Positions 46,662 through 55,319 of a DNA stretch of 64,000 bases are shown piece after piece; positions within the stretch are counted from its first letter, which is position 1; every line of letters starts with the position of its first letter. The notes below the pieces were generated by a model. That model did not search any database, was not told the origin of the DNA, and saw only the letters and a program-made list of their open reading frames with translations. This DNA comes from Bacteroidaceae bacterium. Its GTDB lineage: Bacteria; Pseudomonadota; Alphaproteobacteria; RF32; CAG-239. Location: NCBI GenBank assembly GCA_963641885.1, contig CAVIDY010000001.1:2855-66854 (forward strand). Reading direction: 5' to 3'. The translations under genes and the position numbers were made by a program.

Positions 46662-48080
46662 ACGGGTAAAAATAACCATTACGGTTATCACTTCCAAGCG
46701 CCCCAGCAGCATGGCAAAGCATAAGATATATTTGACCGGAGCAGAAAAGAACGCATAATTTCCGTTTGGTCCGATTATTTCCACGCTGCCAACACCAACA
46801 TTTGTCATGCAGGCAACGCTTGCTGCCAAAGAAGTGTTAAAATCCACTCCGCACAAACTAACTACTACGCCTATCAGCAATATGCTTATAATAAAAGAAA
46901 AAACATAGACAAACACAGATGTAATCACATTCTGCGGCGGATTTATACTGCCGACTTTCAAAGGAATAACGCGATTCGGCTCAACCATTGACAGCACATA
47001 TTTATGCAAATAGGCATAAATAACCTGCCAGCGGAAAATTTTGATTGAACCACTGGTCGAGCCAGTGCACCCGCCACTTAGTGAAAGCAGCATAAACACC
47101 GCACTGGTCCATACGCCCCATTCCACAAAATTCACCGAAGAAAGTCCGGTGGTCGTCATAATGGAAATCACGCTGAAAAAGCTATAGCGCATACTTTGCA
47201 ACAAAGAATAATCAGATGTTGCAAACAGATATATACTGACAAACAAGCTGCAATAAAAAACAGCTTTCAAAAAAACGGAAACCTGATAGTTTTTATTAGC
47301 CTCGCCATGGCGGAATAATAAAATATAAAAGGTTAGCGGCAAGGAACCTGTCAGCATAAAAAACATAATAACAACTTCTATCGAAACACTGTCAAACGCT
47401 TCTACGGAGTTGTTTTTGGTAGAAAAGCCGCCAGTGCCGATTGCTGACATAGCGTGATTAACCGCATCAAACCAATCCATTCCACACCAAAACAAAGATA
47501 CCGAGCATAATACGACAAGCGCCGTATACACAAAAACTATCCGCTTGGCAATATAACTGAACTTAGGCATAAATTTATCATTGGAATCTGAATTTTCACG
47601 CTGAAAAATACGCATACCGCCAATACCCAAAAACGGCAGCAGCGCCACCGCAAAAATAACAATTCCCAAACCGCCGAGTAAATTCAGAATTGACCGCCAC
47701 AGCAAAATAGAATGAGGCAGGCTTTCCACATCTGAAAGAATTGTCGCTCCTGTTCCCGTAACTCCGGAAACAGTTTCAAAAAACATATCGGCAAAAGCAT
47801 AATTTTGATTAAAAAACAAAAACGGAAGCGTGGCAAACGCCCCGACAATGCACCAGCTTACCGAAGTAACCAAATAAGCTTGTTTCAACGAAATTTTTTC
47901 TACCTTGGTATAGTTTGCCAAAAACAAGGAAAGCCCTAAAAAAACGGTTATTACCGCCGCCGGAACAAACGGTGATAAAACCTCTTTATTTTCAGCAAAA
48001 TCCAACCCTGCCGGCACCAGCATAATCAAGCCTAAAATGCCCAGTATATAGCCGCTTATCATAAAAACAGGCTGCCACAT
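46644..48080 (-). CDS. trkH: TrkH-family potassium uptake protein
   Basis: 478-aa polytopic protein with TrkH-like pore repeats (SGVTGTGAT, AIGTGGFS, MTTTGLS, GCTGSTSGSIK). Confidence 0.9.
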   Translation of the reverse strand: MWQPVFMISGYILGILGLIMLVPAGLDFAENKEVLSPFVPAAVITVFLGLSLFLANYTKVEKISLKQAYLVTSVSWCIVGAFATLPFLFFNQNYAFADMFFETVSGVTGTGATILSDVESLPHSILLWRSILNLLGGLGIVIFAVALLPFLGIGGMRIFQRENSDSNDKFMPKFSYIAKRIVFVYTALVVLCSVSLFWCGMDWFDAVNHAMSAIGTGGFSTKNNSVEAFDSVSIEVVIMFFMLTGSLPLTFYILLFRHGEANKNYQVSVFLKAVFYCSLFVSIYLFATSDYSLLQSMRYSFFSVISIMTTTGLSSVNFVEWGVWTSAVFMLLSLSGGCTGSTSGSIKIFRWQVIYAYLHKYVLSMVEPNRVIPLKVGSINPPQNVITSVFVYVFSFIISILLIGVVVSLCGVDFNTSLAASVACMTNVGVGSVEIIGPNGNYAFFSAPVKYILCFAMLLGRLEVITVMVIFTRSFWRS

Positions 48081-48092
48081 GAAAATATTTCC

Positions 48093-48956
48093 TTATTGCA
48101 AAGCCACGTTACGCGCCATTTTTTTATCCACCAGCGCCTTATTGATAAATTCCCCGTTTACAAAACAAAGCGCTGTCGCCGTTTGATTATAGGTTTGAGC
48201 GATAATTTCACAACGCACAATCTGACCTTTGGTGGTTTTCATCAAATAGTCAGCAGCTATTTCTTCGCTATAAAAATTCGGATCCGTATATATGCCGTAC
48301 AAAAACATAAACTTGCCGTCAACATACAGACTGTTCGCGCCGGCTATTTCAGCTTCACCGAAAACCTGCTGCGGAGTTTTCAAATATTCCAAATGCAGCG
48401 CATCATTTTTCTTATAATAGCTATGTATATTATCCAATGAATAATTCTGCCCTGCACTTTCTACACTTTTTTCTGCCGAATTATCAGTTAAAGATATATC
48501 TGCTTGGGCTTGAGTTTCAATATCTTGCTTTTCACCAACCGATATTTCCGACAGTTCCAACTCTTTATTGTCAACATTCAGAGGTTCATACTTAACTTTG
48601 TTAAATTTAACCGCATTCCAATTGGCGGAACGTTCTTTATCTTCTTTTTTAGATTCAATACCTGAAGTCGGGTTAATGTTTCGCACAATTTCTCCCAAAG
48701 AAGAACGTAATTCCGAAAGCTTTTCTTCTATTCTGTCGGTTGTTTGTTTTTTTATAACCGCTGCCTGCTGCACCGGCTCCGGCATTTTGTGCTGATATTT
48801 CAGCCATAAATCTGTAAGTTCGTGCCGATAAAAAGCCAATAGCACTACAATAGTCACAAAAGGGTGACGCACCGGATAAGTCAGCCCTAAATACAGCTTA
48901 TACAGCAAACCACTGAATCCTTTTGTTTTTATGTCATCCCATTCGTAATGCGGCAT
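48093..48956 (-). CDS. Hypothetical protein with an N-terminal anchor and a possible degenerate SNase-like C-domain
   Basis: 287-aa ORF. The C-terminal segment VDGKFMFLYGIYTD...IVRCEII...ALCFVNGEFINKALVDKKMA resembles a thermonuclease fold without obvious catalytic residues. Confidence 0.55.
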   Translation of the reverse strand: MPHYEWDDIKTKGFSGLLYKLYLGLTYPVRHPFVTIVVLLAFYRHELTDLWLKYQHKMPEPVQQAAVIKKQTTDRIEEKLSELRSSLGEIVRNINPTSGIESKKEDKERSANWNAVKFNKVKYEPLNVDNKELELSEISVGEKQDIETQAQADISLTDNSAEKSVESAGQNYSLDNIHSYYKKNDALHLEYLKTPQQVFGEAEIAGANSLYVDGKFMFLYGIYTDPNFYSEEIAADYLMKTTKGQIVRCEIIAQTYNQTATALCFVNGEFINKALVDKKMARNVALQ

Positions 48957-50654
48957 CTATTTTGCTCCGCTGTATTTTTGCTGCAATTCGGCTGCTCTTT
49001 CCGGTGTAATACGCTCAAACAAAGCCTCTCCGGCTTCAAAAGTGTGACCAGCTTTCAGGGCAGACATTTCTTTTTCTACATTAAAATCTTTCAGCGACGG
49101 CATATCTTTGCTGCTCAAACCGAATTTAGCCATAATTTTCTCTGCTGTATCCGGCATAAACGGAGCGCTCAAAGCCGCATAAATACGCACCAAATTCAGA
49201 CACAGCCGCAAAATAGTGGCGGCGCGGGTTTCGTCTTCTTTAATAACCATCCAAGGCTCAGTAGTCGAAATATAGTTATTGCCTTCAACCCAAATTGCCC
49301 GCAATTCTGCCGTTGCCTTTCTGAATTCCATTTCATTTAGGTATTTAAAATAATCATTAACGCGGGCTTGCAAAACCTTAATCAGTTCATTGTCTTCAGC
49401 TTGCAATTCACCGCCTTCCGGCACTTGAGCCCCTAGCTTGGAAGCAGTCATTTTCATCACACGTTGTGCAAAGTTGCCTAATACGCCGTTTAAATCTTTA
49501 TTAACCGTGTTTACAAAGCTTTCAAAAGTAAAAGATGAATCCGAACTTTCCGGAGCATTTGCCATCAGCCAATAGCGCCAGTAGTCAGCCGGAAACTCTT
49601 TAACTGCATCTTCGGCAAACACGCCGCGGTGCTCGGACTTAGAGAATTTTCCGCCTTCAAAAGTCAGATAGCTGAACCCTTTTAAAAAATCTACCTTAGT
49701 CCAGTTTTCACCTGTACCCAGCAAAGTTGCCGGAAAAGTGATAGAGTGATAAGGCACGTTGTCTTTGCCCATAAACTCAACATAACGTACATCTTTAGCG
49801 TTCAGCCACCAATCTTTCCAGTTACGCTCTGCCGGATTTTCATCTGACCATTGCTTAGTGATGCCGATATAGCCGATTGGAGCGTCAAACCACACATAAA
49901 ATACCTTATCTTCAAAGCCTTCTTTATTAACCGGAAAGCCCCATTTCAAATCACGGGTAATGCAGCGCGGCTGCAAGCCTTCTTTGACCCATTTTTTAGC
50001 AATGGAATAAGCTACATCCGGCCAAAAAGCTTCTTTAGTTTTAAGCCATTCCACTAATTTTGTTTCAATTTTCGGCAAATTTAAAAACAGGTGTTTGGTT
50101 TCGCGCACTTCCAAATTGGTGCTGCCGGAAATAGTGCTGCGCGGATTGATTAAATCTGTCGGTTCCAAAACTTTTGTGCAGTTCTCGCACTGGTCGCCGC
50201 GGGCTTTTTCATAGCCGCAATGCGGACAAGTTCCGGTAATATAGCGATCTGCCAAAAACATTTTGTCATCAACCGAATAAACTTGCTTCATTGTTCTTTC
50301 TTCAATAAAGCCGTTTTTATCCAGCTGTGAAAAAATATGATAAGTCATCTCTTTGTTTTGTTCGCTGGAGGTGCGACCGAAATAATCAAATGACAAATTA
50401 AAATCTTTATATGTTTGAATATGGCGGGCGTGGTATTTATCACAATATTCTTCTACCGGCATACCTTCTTTCAAAGCGCCGACTTCTGATGCCGTGCCAT
50501 GTTCATCATTTCCGCAAATATACAAAACTTCATTACCCAGCATTCGCATATAACGGGCATAAACATCAGACGGTAGTAAGCAGCCGACCATGTGTCCAAG
50601 GTGCGGAATCCCGTTAATATACGGCAGTGCGGAAGTAATCAAGACTTTTGACAT
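48957..50654 (-). CDS. metG: Methionine--tRNA ligase
   Basis: HIGH-type motif (PHLGH), KMSKS-type motif (KFSKS) and a Zn knuckle (CPHCGY...CENC). The start is at MSKVLITSALPY (50654) with an AAGGAGA Shine-Dalgarno. The ORF-track extension to 50807 is spurious. Confidence 0.95.
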   Translation of the reverse strand: MSKVLITSALPYINGIPHLGHMVGCLLPSDVYARYMRMLGNEVLYICGNDEHGTASEVGALKEGMPVEEYCDKYHARHIQTYKDFNLSFDYFGRTSSEQNKEMTYHIFSQLDKNGFIEERTMKQVYSVDDKMFLADRYITGTCPHCGYEKARGDQCENCTKVLEPTDLINPRSTISGSTNLEVRETKHLFLNLPKIETKLVEWLKTKEAFWPDVAYSIAKKWVKEGLQPRCITRDLKWGFPVNKEGFEDKVFYVWFDAPIGYIGITKQWSDENPAERNWKDWWLNAKDVRYVEFMGKDNVPYHSITFPATLLGTGENWTKVDFLKGFSYLTFEGGKFSKSEHRGVFAEDAVKEFPADYWRYWLMANAPESSDSSFTFESFVNTVNKDLNGVLGNFAQRVMKMTASKLGAQVPEGGELQAEDNELIKVLQARVNDYFKYLNEMEFRKATAELRAIWVEGNNYISTTEPWMVIKEDETRAATILRLCLNLVRIYAALSAPFMPDTAEKIMAKFGLSSKDMPSLKDFNVEKEMSALKAGHTFEAGEALFERITPERAAELQQKYSGAK

Positions 50655-50777
50655 ATTTACATTTCTCCTTAAAAGACATACAATAACAATTGCTTGGAGT
50701 TTACTCTCTTTTGCTAAAATCTCAAGCAAAAAGACTATATAGAACACGATTTTTTTATGGCAGCAAAAAATATCAAA

Positions 50778-50800
50778 GGGCGGAGCTTGAAAACCCCGCC
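50778..50800 (-). terminator. Terminator after the 23-aa peptide gene
   Basis: On the minus strand, stem GGCGGGG / CTCCGCC is followed by CTTTGATATTTTTT. Confidence 0.5.
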
Positions 50801-50808
50801 TCATCATA

Positions 50809-50880
50809 CTAGTTAAGAATTATTATGATGATTTTTAACATCAAGATAATGATGTTAAGAACTTTGATAACATTGTTCAT
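50809..50880 (-). CDS. 23-aa Ile-rich hydrophobic peptide (candidate small membrane protein or toxin)
   Basis: A GGTGAAAGAG Shine-Dalgarno-like sequence immediately precedes the ATG. The ORF encodes MNNVIKVLNIIILMLKIIIIILN* and has its own terminator. It is too short to appear in the ORF track. Confidence 0.4.
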   Translation of the reverse strand: MNNVIKVLNIIILMLKIIIIILN

Positions 50881-51023
50881 CTCTTTCACCTTTCAGCTCT
50901 GTTGAGCGGTTGGAAAGGGATAAACCCGCCTAAATTTGCTAAAAGCCTTGACTTTTATACAAAAATAGGTTATCTTTAACTTAGAAATGAGTTAAAGTTT
51001 GGGTTTAACCCTTTCATGTTAAA

Positions 51024-51053
51024 TAACGTCCAGTGCGCCAACACCGGACGTTA
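51024..51053. terminator. Hairpin terminator downstream of the TolC-like gene, which could also end a short plus-strand transcript
   Basis: Stem TAACGTCCAGTG / CACCGGACGTTA (one mismatch) with loop CGCCAA, flanked by T/A runs. Confidence 0.5.
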
Positions 51054-51232
51054 ATTTTTATAGCAATACAATTTAGAAAAATCAAGAAAAATAAATTTTT
51101 AGGATATACATACTATCTGATACGATACAGATATTTCTTTTATACTCGTTTCCTATAAATACACTATATAGAACTATAAAAAAAGAGCCTGCCTAATTTC
51201 TAAGCAGACCCTTTTATTAAAAACCGCAGAAC

Positions 51233-53116
51233 TTATCTGACCGGAGCAAACACTTGCACGTCGTCTAGTGTTTCGTCCGTGCACTGATTGCCGTGGCAGC
51301 GTTTCATTACTGTTGCTTTACGAGACTTATTAAGCCCGCGCACTTTAATTGACGGCACGTAAACTTCAATAATTGTCAGTTTAAATGTCAAATAAGCAAT
51401 GTTGTTGTTTTTATCCAAAGCATAAATTTTAATTTTATAAACTCCGCCGTCTTTCGGCATAGCCATACCGGTAAAGACCATCGCATTAGAATTATAATGC
51501 AGCCATTTCGGCAGTGGAGAATCATCAACTAAACCTGCTTTAGTAGTGAAAGTCCCCGGTTTCCAGCCCATTTTTTCAAAAGCTGAATTAGGAATTTTAA
51601 TTTCGATATGCTCGCCGGTTTCATACGTTACGTCCGGCAGCAATTTTTCAGACGACAAATTAACCGGCGGACGGCGGCTTGGAATATCCATCAAATACGG
51701 ACGGTTATCCGGTATAAATTCGCCCTGACGCCATTTGTCAAGATTATCGCGCAAAGCAATGGCAATTTTAGACGGCGATTCGTTCAGCATATAATACGGA
51801 ACTGCGTCCAAACCAATTGTTGCATATAAAGTGCCTAAAGCGTCCTGCAAATCCACATAAGCTAAAGAAGCTTTTGTTTCATCGGCAATCGCGCGTGCGG
51901 CTTCAAGCTGGCTTTTTTCAGCTTGACTACCGTTTGCAGAAGTCACATCTTCGGCAATATTTTCTGATGTTCCGGCAATTTCATAAGCAATTTGATAATC
52001 TTCGGTTGCCGATGTATAGCGAGCCCAAGCAATATAAACCTGATTCAAAATCAACGAGGTCATACGCTGGCGGCGCAAAGCCGTCATAGTTTGCTGATTA
52101 GCCGCATTGCGGGAATCTTCATAAACCAGCATAGAGGCTTCTTTCGCCGCGTTGCACCATTTTTGATTATAGGTGTTCGGACTGTTTTTATAACCGCTGC
52201 CGTTATCATCGCGGAAGTTAGAAATAATAAGTTCCAAATCGTCATTACCAGTCAGCAAATCGTGAACTTTCAATTCCGGACGGTTGGTTAAAGCCAGCCA
52301 TTCCAAACGTGAAAGGTTAGATTTAATTTCCGGCAAGGCAAAATTGCCGTATTCTTTACCCACCAATGTAAACTGTGTGGCTGGGTGCAGCCCCATCAGC
52401 GATGCTAAACGCTCGTGAGCGGTTTCCATATCGCGCTTCAAAGCCGAAAGTTTTTTAACAGCTTCCATATACTTACGCTTTTTAACCAGCTCTTCTGTCG
52501 ATGGATTTTGCCCTTGTACCGCCAATTCTTTAGCTTTGGCATTCATTTCATCAACATCAAGAGTGATATGTTCTATTGTATCGTCAATAACCGGAATCAA
52601 ACGCTGCGCGGTCAAGGCTTTCCAATACAAAACGCGTGCTTCCTGTAAAATATTTTGAATAACTTTGCGACTTTGCTCAACTGCCACGTTTTGCTTAAAC
52701 TCCGGAGAATTATTCATATAATACAAAGTAGAAATATCCAGTACATTCCAAGCTACTTTCAAATCAGGACTGGTATGCTCATTGCTGTTGGTGTTTATAT
52801 AGCCGGCGTTAGAGGCAATTTCCGGCAGCTGCGAATAAGCCGATTTTCCTGCTTTAAGCAAGCTTTCCTGATAGCGAATCATTCGTCCGGTATAGTTATA
52901 TTTCAGCGCCAAAGCCATAGACATATACATATCTATAGGTTTTTCTAATTTCAGCGGTGCATTGGCATACATATTCTGCATATCAACATCATAGCGTACA
53001 GCCCTGTCCCAATCTGAATAATAAGCGGCGTCCGGTCCGTTCTTATAAGAAGAGTCATTTTTAGCACAGCCGGAAACAGCTAAAAAACTCATCATCAAAA
53101 ACAGTAGTTTTTTCAT
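51233..53116 (-). CDS. TolC-like outer membrane efflux lipoprotein with a C-terminal Ig-like (He_PIG/cadherin-like) domain
   Basis: Lipobox MKKLLFLMMSFLAVSGC with the start at 53116. OEP-type repeats are present (...LALTNRPELKVHDLL...). The C-terminal motif LPKWLHYNSNAMVFTGMAMPKDGGVYKIKIYALD resembles a putative Ig domain. Confidence 0.65.
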   Translation of the reverse strand: MKKLLFLMMSFLAVSGCAKNDSSYKNGPDAAYYSDWDRAVRYDVDMQNMYANAPLKLEKPIDMYMSMALALKYNYTGRMIRYQESLLKAGKSAYSQLPEIASNAGYINTNSNEHTSPDLKVAWNVLDISTLYYMNNSPEFKQNVAVEQSRKVIQNILQEARVLYWKALTAQRLIPVIDDTIEHITLDVDEMNAKAKELAVQGQNPSTEELVKKRKYMEAVKKLSALKRDMETAHERLASLMGLHPATQFTLVGKEYGNFALPEIKSNLSRLEWLALTNRPELKVHDLLTGNDDLELIISNFRDDNGSGYKNSPNTYNQKWCNAAKEASMLVYEDSRNAANQQTMTALRRQRMTSLILNQVYIAWARYTSATEDYQIAYEIAGTSENIAEDVTSANGSQAEKSQLEAARAIADETKASLAYVDLQDALGTLYATIGLDAVPYYMLNESPSKIAIALRDNLDKWRQGEFIPDNRPYLMDIPSRRPPVNLSSEKLLPDVTYETGEHIEIKIPNSAFEKMGWKPGTFTTKAGLVDDSPLPKWLHYNSNAMVFTGMAMPKDGGVYKIKIYALDKNNNIAYLTFKLTIIEVYVPSIKVRGLNKSRKATVMKRCHGNQCTDETLDDVQVFAPVR

Positions 53117-53237
53117 GGTTATTTCCTTAAAGTATACTTCATTTATTCTGCCCTCATAATAATCGCTAAAAATTAACATTTTGTTACACTTTTGCTTATA
53201 TCATACAACTAAACACAAATTTGAGGTATAAATCGAC

Positions 53238-54014
53238 ATGGTTTCAATTTTAGGCACCTTATTTAAATATAAAGAAAAAGAATCTCCTGATGTTTTGGGA
53301 TATTTTCCAGAGCGAGTGCATGTCGATGCTTTTCCAGAGCGCCGCTATTTGTGGACTTCGCGCTTTTTGGTTATGGTAACCTGCCTCAGCATCTGCCTGA
53401 ATATGATTATTGCCAGCATTATCTATATGATATTGCCTGAACAACATGTCCAGCCGCGGCTTTTTGTAATGAACAAAGATACCAATCAGCTAGAGGTCAT
53501 GGAACGCGACGAACGATATTATTACGCTTCCGACCTGATTGCCGAGCAATATATCAGAGATTATATGGTGCTGCGCTATACGGTGACGGAAGATTATGCC
53601 GAATTAAAAGACAGATGGCGCAAAAATTCAATTTTATATTGGTATTCCAGCGAAGACGTTTTTAATGAATTTCTAAAAAAGGACGCAGCCACCGCTGATC
53701 AGCAATTTAAAAGCATCGGTTTGCAGCGCTATATTGAAATAGATTGGACTAAACGCGTGTCGCTTTCTATGTGGATGGTGCAATTCAAAACTTACGATAT
53801 CACCCGTGACAACCCTAAGCCTAAAGTTGATGTATGGCGCGCCACTCTGCGGGTGGGCTATGACGGCAACCTGCGTTTTAAAAAACCAGAAGACCGCATC
53901 AAAAATCCGTATGGATTCTTGGTTTACAGCTATACGCTTTCTTATCAGGGCGACTACCGCAACGGACCAGAAGAGGTCAATTCAAACCTAAAATATAATT
54001 TGATGATGTACTGA
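53238..54014 (+). CDS. VirB8-like (type IV secretion VirB8/TrbF family) protein, orphan
   Basis: The layout is bitopic: a ~45-aa cytoplasmic N-terminus, one TM helix, then a ~190-aa periplasmic domain. It has a C-terminal NPYGFLVYSY motif (compare NPLGF.V..Y) and AEQYIRDYMVLRYTV. No other T4SS genes lie in the window. Confidence 0.55.
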   Translation: MVSILGTLFKYKEKESPDVLGYFPERVHVDAFPERRYLWTSRFLVMVTCLSICLNMIIASIIYMILPEQHVQPRLFVMNKDTNQLEVMERDERYYYASDLIAEQYIRDYMVLRYTVTEDYAELKDRWRKNSILYWYSSEDVFNEFLKKDAATADQQFKSIGLQRYIEIDWTKRVSLSMWMVQFKTYDITRDNPKPKVDVWRATLRVGYDGNLRFKKPEDRIKNPYGFLVYSYTLSYQGDYRNGPEEVNSNLKYNLMMY

Positions 54015-54030
54015 TTTAATACATCATCAA
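54000..54030. terminator. Hairpin overlapping the VirB8-like stop codon; likely a bidirectional terminator
   Basis: Stem TTGATGATGTA / TACATCATCAA. Confidence 0.5.
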
Positions 54031-54094
54031 ATACAAAAACTACGCATTCACCATAAATTGCGCATTGTTAGCGGTTGCTTGCCTCAACAACCTA

Positions 54095-55303
54095 TCATCT
54101 TAAAATATCTAACAACTTTTGATAATATGCATCATCTAAGGTAAATGTTGTGTTTTCATTTAAAATAGTACCGTTTTCAAGCTGAAAATATCCATTATCC
54201 AAAATCTGCCCATTCACTAATTCTTTTAGTAATTTACCTTCTGCATCTAAACCATTATAATTTTGATATTTCTTTTCTATCAGATGAAAACATTGTTTCA
54301 TAGAAAACTCATTGCCCGTTTGGCTAATTGACGACCCGCAGCAGCCAGCACAGCAAGCCATCGCATATTCACAAGTTTTGCAAGCTCCCTGCAATTTTTT
54401 GTACTTAATAAAAGACTTATTCCAAGCGCAAAAATCTTCACTGTTCCAAATTTCTTCCAAAGGATGCTCTCTTAAATCGCCTTCTATGTAGTTGTCATCA
54501 TAAATTGATAAGCAGCCAACCACTTTTCCGTTGCTTCGTATCCCTAAAACCTGTCTACCAGCAGGACAGCCATGCCAGTTTTTGTTATATACATTAACAG
54601 AGTTAGGAATAACCTTGGAGTAATATCCCAAATCGTGCATACCTAAAATGGCAAACTTCCCTTTATATCTTTTTTGCATCAGAGCAATAAAAATACCGAC
54701 AACATAAAATTCAAGTTCCGATAAAACCATATTTTCTTCAAGTCTGCCAAAAGGCTGTCCTATCTGTATTTGCCAGGAGCAAAAAAACGAATTACTGACA
54801 AGTTTCATCAAATTCGGCAAATCAAGAACATTTTTATGTGTTACGGTAGTAATGGCTATGGTCGGAAGAAGATTTTTACAAATATCTTCAGACAACGACA
54901 TTATATGTTCAAAAATACCTGGAACCCTTCTAATTCCATCATGAAGAGCAGAGTTAGAACCATCTAGGCTGATTCCCAAAGTTTCTATTTTCTGTGAGCT
55001 TAAAAAACGTATTTTATCACTGTTTAAAGACAGCGCGTTTGTAATAATCTGTACATCTATATCTAAAGAACGCAGCTTTTGCACAATTTCTTTCCATAAG
55101 TGATGTAAAAAAACTTCTCCTCCGATAAGAGCCACTGTTTTGCATTTCAGCTTTGCCAACTCATCGCAAACACGCATAATTTCATCATCGGTTAAATTAT
55201 CTTTTCTATCAATGCCAGCGGAAGACCCGCAATGAACACAATGAGCATTACATCGCAAGGTCAATTCCCACACGGCATTTATCAGAGTCTTAGAACATTC
55301 CAT
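54095..55303 (-). CDS. Radical SAM / SPASM-domain peptide-modifying enzyme
   Basis: The CX3CX2C motif is CNAHCVHC. The SPASM region reads GCPAGRQVLGIRSNGKVVGC ... CKTCEYAMACCAGCC (CX2CX5CX3C). I prefer the start at MECSK (55303), 16 nt after the upstream stop. The alternatives at 55363 and 55402 overlap the upstream gene. Confidence 0.9.
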   Translation of the reverse strand: MECSKTLINAVWELTLRCNAHCVHCGSSAGIDRKDNLTDDEIMRVCDELAKLKCKTVALIGGEVFLHHLWKEIVQKLRSLDIDVQIITNALSLNSDKIRFLSSQKIETLGISLDGSNSALHDGIRRVPGIFEHIMSLSEDICKNLLPTIAITTVTHKNVLDLPNLMKLVSNSFFCSWQIQIGQPFGRLEENMVLSELEFYVVGIFIALMQKRYKGKFAILGMHDLGYYSKVIPNSVNVYNKNWHGCPAGRQVLGIRSNGKVVGCLSIYDDNYIEGDLREHPLEEIWNSEDFCAWNKSFIKYKKLQGACKTCEYAMACCAGCCGSSISQTGNEFSMKQCFHLIEKKYQNYNGLDAEGKLLKELVNGQILDNGYFQLENGTILNENTTFTLDDAYYQKLLDILR

Positions 55304-55319
55304 AGCTGATACTAAACTA

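Noticed and set aside
50655-50807. The metG ORF is extended by 51 codons at its N-terminus.
   Set aside because: The canonical MetRS start MSKVLITSALPY has a strong AAGGAGA Shine-Dalgarno. The extension crosses a terminator hairpin and overlaps the small peptide gene's stop.
50881-51232. I considered a T-box or riboswitch leader upstream of metG.
   Set aside because: I could not find a specifier-loop or T-box consensus (AGGGUGGNACCGCG-like), nor any riboswitch core I recognise. The region instead contains a small ORF with its own terminator.
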